From NCBI GenBank assembly GCA_038062115.1, contig JBBTXS010000028.1:1-39958 (forward strand): a DNA stretch of 39,958 nucleotides, read 5' to 3'. Every line of letters starts with the position of its first letter. Position 1 is the stretch's first letter. A model generated the notes under the pieces. That model was given only the letters and a program-made list of their open reading frames with translations, made no database searches and was not told where the DNA came from. Position numbers and translations under genes: made by a program. The DNA comes from Patescibacteria group bacterium. Its GTDB lineage: Bacteria; Patescibacteriota; Microgenomatia; Levybacterales; UBA12049. Of this stretch, positions 1 to 7,149 are shown one piece after another.

Positions 1-412
1 CAAACGGCACGCTTGATAGAAACTTTAAGACATCATGCCAGCTGCTTGAGGCGATAAGACCGATAAATAAGGCAACAGCACAGCTTAAAATAATGCCGAG
101 TTTCGAAACTATCCTGCTGTTTAAGCTAATTGGTTGATTGGTACCGATGAGAGAGGCGGGAATGGCTACCATCCAGGGAATTTTAGATCGGACTGCCAGA
201 TATAAATTCAGAAGAAGGAATGCTACTGCAAGCAGTCCGGCTGTAAACCCAACAACTGCTTTGGCGGTAAGCGATGTGGTAAAAACTTCAGTAAGTCCTA
301 CTTCTTGATACCACCACCAATCAGTAACCAAGGAAACAATACTTGAGAAGAAGATAAAACTAATAACCGCTATTCCTAAGAATGCCCAGGAAAAAAGAAT
401 GGTAAATTTCAT
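1..412 (-). CDS. UPF0182 family membrane protein, N-terminal part (runs off left edge)
   Basis: Not in the ORF track. The reverse complement from ATG (410-412) reads MKFTILFSWAFLGIAVISFIFFSSIVSLVTDWWWYQEVGLTEVFTTSLTAKAVVGF and stays open to position 1. The TDWWWYQEVG block after TM1 is typical of UPF0182 N-termini. Confidence 0.6.
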   Translation of the reverse strand, partial: MKFTILFSWAFLGIAVISFIFFSSIVSLVTDWWWYQEVGLTEVFTTSLTAKAVVGFTAGLLAVAFLLLNLYLAVRSKIPWMVAIPASLIGTNQPISLNSRIVSKLGIILSCAVALFIGLIASSSWHDVLKFLSSVPF

Positions 413-695
413 AAACCGGTCTTTCTAAGTCTTGACCATTCGTCTTATTGCTCCGCATCACCCAAGGCGATATTAGACTAATGTGTAGTATAGCATAAGT
501 TCAAAGTTGATATTTTTTCACTTAAGTTCCTAGAGTTATCAAGCAACAATCTTTTTAAGTTCTGAGCGGGATTTTATAAAGAAGTAGCCAATGACTATGG
601 CAATAGAAACTCGAGGCATTGAATTCTAGAGGTAAAAAGAAAATGTAAACCCTGGTGATGAAAATTCTGCCTAATTTGTGTTAAAATATATTTTA

Positions 696-1535
696 ATGGG
701 AAGCATACTTAAAACATTTGTTCTTTTAGGAATTCTCAGCGTTATTCTTGTGACGCTTGGTGGTTTGTTTGGAGAAACTGAAGGAATTTATATGGCATTC
801 TTCTTTTCTTTGCTGATAAATGGAGGAATGTATTTCTTTTCCGACAAGCTAGCGCTTAAAATGAGCCGGGCCAAACCTCTTGATAAAGGTACGCATAAAG
901 ATATTTATGAGATGGTAGGAGAACTTTCTCGCAAAATCAAAATTCCAATGCCAAAACTTTATATTACCCCTGACCAACAGGCAAACGCCTTTGCCACGGG
1001 ACGTGGTCCAAAACACGCCTCAGTCGCGGTAACACAAGGTATCATTGATACACTGCCAAAAGAGGAGTTACGGGCAGTGCTTGCTCATGAACTGGCTCAT
1101 GTTAAAAACCGCGATGTACTCGTTGCAACTATTGCTGCTGTGCTTGCAAGTACCATCTCATTTATCTCCAATATGGCAATGTTTGGCGGGTTTGGTTCAA
1201 GAAACAATGAGGACAATCGGGGAGCAGGTATGCTTGGGATAGTTGTCGCAATTTTGGTTCCGATTGCGGCCGCAATTGTGCAAATGGCTATTTCAAGACA
1301 ACGTGAGTTTGGTGCCGATGAAACAGGAGCAAAAACCATTGGCGATGGAGAACCTCTGGCAAAAGCACTTGTGGCTATTCATAATTCTGCAAAACGTTCC
1401 CCAATGCACACAAACCCAGCATTATCTTCACTTTATATTGGCGATCCGCTTGGTGGTTGGGGCGGAAAAATGCTGCATTTATTTTCAACACATCCACCGG
1501 TTGAGGAAAGAATAAAAAGATTAAAAAAGATCTAA
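696..1535 (+). CDS. htpX: HtpX-type M48 zinc metalloprotease
   Basis: HELAHV zinc motif, TM helices on both sides, C-terminal STHPPVEERI. The ORF opens at GTG 678; the first ATG at 696 gives a typical N-terminal TM start. Confidence 0.9.
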   Translation: MGSILKTFVLLGILSVILVTLGGLFGETEGIYMAFFFSLLINGGMYFFSDKLALKMSRAKPLDKGTHKDIYEMVGELSRKIKIPMPKLYITPDQQANAFATGRGPKHASVAVTQGIIDTLPKEELRAVLAHELAHVKNRDVLVATIAAVLASTISFISNMAMFGGFGSRNNEDNRGAGMLGIVVAILVPIAAAIVQMAISRQREFGADETGAKTIGDGEPLAKALVAIHNSAKRSPMHTNPALSSLYIGDPLGGWGGKMLHLFSTHPPVEERIKRLKKI

Positions 1536-1549
1536 TATTTGAAGAAGCG

Positions 1550-2251
1550 TTAGTCGTTTAGATGTTCTTTTTTAAATGCCTGTTGAATTTCTTTATACGA
1601 TGTTTCCTCATGTTTTCTCTTAGCTTTTGACGAGTACTTATATTTTATATATTCAATCAATACAGGAACCAGAGAAACGAATACAATCCCAATTACTGCA
1701 TATTCAAAGTTTTCTTTTATAAAGGGTAGTCCGCCGAAGAAATACCCAGCAAAAATAAGACTTGTCACCCAGATAAATGCGCCGGCGACGTTATAGAAAA
1801 GGAATGTCTTGTAATGCATTTTCCCGACTCCTGCAACAAACGGTGCAAAAGTTCGAATAATCGGAAGAAAGCGGGCAAGAATAATTGTTTTTCCACCATG
1901 TTTTAAGTAAAATACCTGCGTTTTTTCAAGATATGCTTTATTAAAGATTCGTGAGTTTTCTTTTGAGAAAACACGTTTTCCGAGGTGGTGACCAATCCAA
2001 TAATTTGCAGTGTCGCCTAAAATTGCAGCAATAAGAAGAGTAAAATAGACAATCCAAATATCTAAATATCCACTTCCTGCTAATGTTCCTACAACAAACA
2101 GGAGCGAATCACCAGGCAAAAATGGCATTACCACCAAACCGGTTTCTGCAAAAACTACGAAAAATAGAATGACATAGGTAAAGACACCGAAGAGATTAAT
2201 GATGTTTGCTGAATGTTCATCAAAATGAAGAATAAAATCAAAAATTTCCAT
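1550..2251 (-). CDS. DedA/VTT (SNARE-associated) family membrane protein
   Basis: 233 aa multi-pass protein with PGDSLLF and FLPIIRTFAPFVAGV motifs, characteristic of DedA. Confidence 0.85.
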   Translation of the reverse strand: MEIFDFILHFDEHSANIINLFGVFTYVILFFVVFAETGLVVMPFLPGDSLLFVVGTLAGSGYLDIWIVYFTLLIAAILGDTANYWIGHHLGKRVFSKENSRIFNKAYLEKTQVFYLKHGGKTIILARFLPIIRTFAPFVAGVGKMHYKTFLFYNVAGAFIWVTSLIFAGYFFGGLPFIKENFEYAVIGIVFVSLVPVLIEYIKYKYSSKAKRKHEETSYKEIQQAFKKEHLND

Positions 2252-2363
2252 AGGGAAAATTATAACAGAAAATTTATTAAGTTTTGAAAAAAAGGCATCT
2301 TTATAGTATATAGTATTCTGCGTCTGGATTTCCCCAAGTAGTTGCGGTACCTTCTACCTCACT

Positions 2364-2795
2364 ATGAGTAAATACAGCGAACCTATAAGAACATTTCCAA
2401 TAGCTCAAAATCTCATTATTGAGTACTGTTTGTATGCACGAAAATCAACCGAAGATGATGAACGACAGGCAATGAGTATTGATTCTCAAATCAAGGAAAT
2501 GACAGAAATTGCAGTAAAAGAAGGCTTATTTATTAAAGAAATAAGAAAAGAAAGTCACTCGGCAAAAATGTCAGGACAGCGGCCAGTCTTTGCACAATTG
2601 TTAGATGATATTCGAAGTGCTAGCCAGGATATAAACCCTGATGAAAAAACAATGGATATAAGAGACTATCCAAAGCACGTGTTAAGTAACGGAGTTACGG
2701 AGAAAAAACGACAATTAATAGGACTTTTTAGCAATCAATTGTATCTTCACGACCGAAAGGTCGTTTCTTCGAGGGCAAATAGAGCTTCTGGATAA
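2364..2795 (+). pseudogene. Large serine recombinase remnant (internal deletion)
   Basis: The N-terminus carries the resolvase catalytic motif YARKSTEDDERQAMSIDSQ...SAKMSGQRPVF. After about 85 aa it jumps to a C-terminal-tail-like segment (EKKRQLIGLFSNQLYLHDRKV). At 143 aa, the recombinase and zinc-ribbon core is missing. Confidence 0.6.
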
Positions 2796-2891
2796 CGAGG
2801 GCACGGTCCGAAACTTCAGGAACTAAAAGAGCGCTTAGCGAGCAAAATCAAGGTTTTTGAGGAACCTCGGTCTGCTCGCCGCTCAATCTTG

Positions 2892-2962
2892 CTGCGGGAC
2901 TTGGAATCGAACCAAGATTAGAGGATCCAAAGTCCTCCGTCCTACCATTAAACGATCCCGCA
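2892..2962 (-). tRNA. tRNA-Gln (anticodon TTG)
   Basis: Manual cloverleaf: acceptor TGCGGGA/TCCCGCA, anticodon stem GAGGA/TCCTC with loop CTTTGGA, T arm CTTGG-TTCGATT-CCAAG. No encoded CCA. Confidence 0.85.
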
Positions 2963-3128
2963 GTGTGAATTATTAGCATTTAAATTATAACATAAAATGA
3001 CAAGTTTGTATCAGAAGTGTAAGTTCATTCATGTAAACGATACTGGATCGTTATAGATATAACGAAACGGAAAGAGCTATTTCATTCTTGTAACCAACAA
3101 CAATAAAGAGTATTATTTTATTTAAAAC

Positions 3129-4298
3129 ATGAATAAAATAGTTTGTCCCAATTGCAATAACGAAATAGAAATATCCCAAGCTATAGAGCATAAGATTCAA
3201 GAAGAAGTGCTTGAAAAAGCACAAACAAAATACAAAGAAGAATTAAAAAAACAAAAAAAAGAAATCGAAGAAAAGGCAGAAAGAAGAATAAAAGATGAAT
3301 TAGAATTAAAGTTTAAAGATTCTCAAAATGAATTAGATGAAACAAAAGAACAAAGTAGGGAACTTCGTGAACAACTTTTAGAATTAACTAAACAACTTCG
3401 TTTTCTAAAACAAAAGGACGAAGAAAGAGAGCTTGAGATGCAAAAAAAGCTAACTCTTGAGCGAGAAAAAATACAAGAGGAAATTGTAAAAGTCGAAAAG
3501 GAAAAGTCAAGCCTTGAAATAGCCGAAATCAAAAAACAACTTGACGACACAAAAAAAGCTTTGGAAGATGCCCAAAGAAAAGCGGCGCAAAAATCTCAGC
3601 AACTTCAGGGAGAAGTCTTGGAGTTAGAATTGGAAAAGATGCTAAGCATCGCATTTCCCCACGACGATACAGAACCAGTGGCTAAGGGAATTTCTGGCGC
3701 AGATATTAAACATACTGTAAAAAGCCCTAAAGGAACTATATGCGGAGTTATCCTTTGGGAATCCAAAAGAACCAAAGAATGGTCCGACAAATGGTTAACA
3801 AAATTAAAAGAAGACTTAAGAACACAAAAAGCAAATATTCCAATTATTGTAAGTGTTATATTGCCAAAAGAAGCAAAGAATGGATTTGGCATTAAAGATG
3901 GAGTTTGGATTTGTAGTCACCAACTCGTTCTGCCAATCGCAACAATTTTGCGAAAAAATTTACTTGATGTTGGATATCAAAAAGCAATTTCCGCAAATCG
4001 CGGAGAAAAAGCAGACTTACTTTACAGTTATGCAACAAGTCACGAGTTTCAACAACAAGTAGAAAGAATTGTTGAGACATATAAAGAAATTAAAGATCAA
4101 ATAACAAAAGAGAGAATGGTATTTGAGAAATCGTGGAAACAAAGAGAGACGCAGGCAGAACGCATTATTCTAAGTATTGCCAATATTGTTGGTAACATGC
4201 AGGGAAGAGTTGGAGCCTCCATGCCAGTTATAAAAGGATTAGAGCTTACTGATAGTTCTAAATCCACTCAGCAAAATTTGTTAGAAGGAAAACTATAG
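3129..4298 (+). CDS. DUF2130-like protein (CxxC N-terminus, long coiled coil, C-terminal globular domain)
   Basis: N-terminal CPNCNN, about 150 aa of E/K-rich coiled coil, then a conserved-looking C-terminal domain (GADIKHTV...ILWESKRTKEWS). The architecture recalls DUF2130. Confidence 0.55.
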   Translation: MNKIVCPNCNNEIEISQAIEHKIQEEVLEKAQTKYKEELKKQKKEIEEKAERRIKDELELKFKDSQNELDETKEQSRELREQLLELTKQLRFLKQKDEERELEMQKKLTLEREKIQEEIVKVEKEKSSLEIAEIKKQLDDTKKALEDAQRKAAQKSQQLQGEVLELELEKMLSIAFPHDDTEPVAKGISGADIKHTVKSPKGTICGVILWESKRTKEWSDKWLTKLKEDLRTQKANIPIIVSVILPKEAKNGFGIKDGVWICSHQLVLPIATILRKNLLDVGYQKAISANRGEKADLLYSYATSHEFQQQVERIVETYKEIKDQITKERMVFEKSWKQRETQAERIILSIANIVGNMQGRVGASMPVIKGLELTDSSKSTQQNLLEGKL

Positions 4299-4356
4299 CA
4301 CAGCTGTATTTTTGGGTATTTACTTTCAAAAGAAAATGGTATTATCATAGAAATAC

Positions 4357-5094
4357 ATGAGGAAAAAACTGCCCAAAAAATCAAAGCTAAAAAGTCCTTT
4401 TATAATCGAACAAAAAAGTTTTATAGGAATAATTACATTAACATTAGCAGTTTTTTTTATAGTTACGCTTGTAGTTAAACAAAAAAACGCTAGTACCTTT
4501 TGCGCAAATTCAATTAGTTGTATCAAAAATCTTTCTGGTTTGTACGAAAAGAGACCTACATCCGCTGAGTTTTTAGGAAAAATCCTAGAAGTACCAACAG
4601 AGCTTGCTCAAATTCCTCCACCTGCAAATGTTTTGGGCAATACAACAGAACAAAAAAGAATAGAAATTAATCTATCTACTCAACATCTCTATGCACATGA
4701 AGGCAATAGCTTGATATATGATTTTCCAGTTTCCACAGGCAAATGGTTTTCTACTCCTACAGGATCATTTCGCACATGGATAAAGTTAAGATATACAAGA
4801 ATGCAAGGAGGCAGTAAAGCTTGGGGAACTTATTATAATCTTCCTAATGTTCCTTATGTAATGTATTTCTATAACGAATCCACACCAAAAGCCAAGGGTT
4901 ATGGCATACACGGAGCATACTGGCACAATAATTTTGGCCATCCAATGAGCCACGGTTGCGTTAACATGCGAATAGAAGATGCAGAATTGCTTTACAACTG
5001 GGCAGATCCTCCAACAAAAACCCATACAACCTACGTAGACGACAATAACCATGGTACATTAGTAATTATTTATGGAGAAACACCAAAAGGATAG
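4357..5094 (+). CDS. L,D-transpeptidase (YkuD domain), membrane anchored
   Basis: N-terminal TM helix; catalytic motif GIHGAYWHNNFGHPMSHGCVNM (His...SHGC of YkuD). Confidence 0.85.
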   Translation: MRKKLPKKSKLKSPFIIEQKSFIGIITLTLAVFFIVTLVVKQKNASTFCANSISCIKNLSGLYEKRPTSAEFLGKILEVPTELAQIPPPANVLGNTTEQKRIEINLSTQHLYAHEGNSLIYDFPVSTGKWFSTPTGSFRTWIKLRYTRMQGGSKAWGTYYNLPNVPYVMYFYNESTPKAKGYGIHGAYWHNNFGHPMSHGCVNMRIEDAELLYNWADPPTKTHTTYVDDNNHGTLVIIYGETPKG

Positions 5095-5095
5095 G

Positions 5096-5500
5096 CTATC
5101 GCGTCTCACGTGGCTCAAAATCTAGAGCCAAAGAATTAATACAGTATCTTTTACGAGTTTCAGTCGGACCATCATCGAATACATGGCCTAAATGCGAATC
5201 GCAGTTCTTGCACAAAACCTCAGTTCTTACCATGCCTAAGCTATTGTCCTGTCTAAGTTCAACGTTTTCGCGATTGACAGGATTGTCAAAGCTTGGCCAT
5301 CCAGTTCCCGAATCAAACTTTGCATCAGACGAAAATAGATTTGCCCCACAAACAACACACTTATACATTCCATCTTCTTTATTCTTGTAATATTTTCCGC
5401 TGTAGGGTGGTTCTGTACCCTTCTCAAAACACACATTATATTGCTCTGGGGTTAGTTTTTTCTTTTTATAATTGATTGTTTTGTCTTTCAATTTGTCCAT
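5096..5500 (-). CDS. msrB: Peptide-methionine (R)-S-oxide reductase
   Basis: Two CxxC pairs ([19 protein letters not shown]), GTGWPSF and RYCINS motifs. Confidence 0.92.
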   Translation of the reverse strand: MDKLKDKTINYKKKKLTPEQYNVCFEKGTEPPYSGKYYKNKEDGMYKCVVCGANLFSSDAKFDSGTGWPSFDNPVNRENVELRQDNSLGMVRTEVLCKNCDSHLGHVFDDGPTETRKRYCINSLALDFEPRETR

Positions 5501-5529
5501 GGTATTTATTCTAACATTTTAGCAGTTTT

Positions 5530-6358
5530 TTAAATAGATAGAAAAGTCGACAAAACCTTCTGAGCGATCTTTATAGTTTTATCTCTACCTTCTTTATTTG
5601 GATTTACCTCGGATAAATCTAACGAAAGATTAGGATGCCAAGAAACAATTTCAATGAGGGGAAGCAATTCATAAAACATAAATCCTTTAGCCGAAGGAAT
5701 TCCAGTTGCCAGCACTTCTTTATTATTAAACACATCAACATCAAAATTTATATGAATAAACTGAAATTTAGAAATAAAAGATTTTACTTCATCAATTACT
5801 CTTTTCGTATCTTTTAAGACTTCATCTCTATTTATATTTCTAAGTTTTTCTTTATCAAAACACATTCTTTCTTCAATATCTAAATCCACGTCTCCAATAA
5901 AAAGAGTGTTTGCCAAAGAGATTTTTGAGGGAATCAACGAATCAATTTTTGGAATATCAAAATTATCCAAAAAAGGCCTCAAATACATGCCATGAAAGTT
6001 TTTGGTAGGACTTGTTGCGTACAAATTCATTTCTCCATGAGAATCAAATTGAAGAAAAGGTAACGCTATTGTCCCCGCCAACTACTACCTGTGTTTCATT
6101 GCTTTTAAGAGTTCTACTAATTAAGTCTTTGAAAGAAATAAAATTAAAGGCAAGAGTGGAGAAATAATCTTTCTTATCAATATCTTCTGGCTTTGTAAAA
6201 ATAAACTCGTTGACTAGACAACGAGACTTAGCTAAAAAACTTGGTGTTAATATCGCATCTGGCGCATCCTCAATCCCTAAGTTTAAATCTTTTTGATGGA
6301 TTGGCGAATTTATAATTCCAAGCCTAGATTTTGCTTTATAAAAATGTACTTTATGCAT
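5530..6358 (-). pseudogene. Arginase/agmatinase (ureohydrolase) family gene, frameshifted and motif-degenerate
   Basis: ORFs 6044..6358 (...VVGGDNSVTF) and 5530..6081 (...LQFDSHGE..., HINFDVDV, SLDLSEVNP) together make about 287 aa. Removing one T from the T-run after GTT ACC TTT joins them. GGDHS has become GGDNS, and the segment between GGD.S and D.H.D is much shorter than usual. Confidence 0.6.
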
Positions 6359-6379
6359 TAAGCGTAACTATAAACATTG

Positions 6380-6932
6380 TTATTTGGTTAAGACTGGTTC
6401 TACCTGATAATATTTTGCTAGGTCAGCAGGAGTGATATGAGAAGGGGATCTATGGAAAATCGCCCATGTTTTCTCCAGGGCCCTTGCTACAAGACCCGAG
6501 CAAATTTGTTGTCCATCAAAACCAAAACTAAATTTAAGACCAGCAACAAGAGAAATCGCAATACTTACTATATTTGTCCAGCCATAAGACTGTCCCAAGA
6601 CGTAGGCGGCAAAATAAACTGCTTGTTTTCTATCCTCCTCAGATGCCATAATTCGAATATAGTAATAATCCTTAGGTTTGTATATAGAAATGTGGCGCTT
6701 CTATAATATCGCCTTGTGTATTTATTACAAGAGCAGCATGATTCCAATAGGTATATTTTTGGTCACTTCCGTGAAATCTAAGCCCTTGACCAAATCTAAT
6801 TAATTTACTCGTCCAAGCATCACCGCGAGTTAGAATAAAGTCTGCGGGGGTTGGGCTGACAACCTCTTCTCCAGGGGCAAAATGTTCAATCTTAATACAC
6901 TCAACAGGCCTAAAAGGTAGGCTCATAAACAT
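6380..6932 (-). pseudogene. Permuted papain-fold (YiiX/C92-like) hydrolase, split by a frameshift
   Basis: ORF 6672..6932 (DFILTRGDAWTSKLIRF...WNHAALV...GDIIEA) and ORF 6380..6649 (...GQQICSGLVARAL...PADLAKY) lie in different frames. The downstream frame is open across the upstream stop, so one indel near 6650-6680 would fuse them. Confidence 0.5.
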
Positions 6933-6947
6933 GTTTCCTAACTTGGG

Positions 6948-7020
6948 TGAGCCGCCCGGGAATCGGACCCGGAACCTATTCCTTAAGAGGGAATTGCTCT
7001 ACCAATTGAGCTAGCGACCC
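6948..7020 (-). tRNA. tRNA-Lys (anticodon CTT), atypical T loop
   Basis: Acceptor GGGTCGC/GCGGCTC (two G-T pairs), D arm GCTC-AATTGGTA-GAGC, anticodon stem ATTCC/GGAAT with loop CTCTTAA, T arm CCGGG-TCCGATT-CCCGG. Confidence 0.75.
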
Positions 7021-7075
7021 TTTATAAATATTATGTTTTTTAGTATACTATAAAAGCACTATCGGGGCAATATTT

Positions 7076-7148
7076 GCGCCCTTAGCTCAATGGACAGAGC
7101 GAGTGGCTTCGGACCACTAGGTTGCGGGTTCGACTCCTGCAGGGCGCG
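7076..7148 (+). tRNA. tRNA-Arg (anticodon TCG)
   Basis: Acceptor GCGCCCT/AGGGCGC, anticodon stem AGTGG/CCACT with loop CTTCGGA, T arm GCGGG-TTCGACT-CCTGC. Confidence 0.88.
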
Positions 7149-7149
7149 C

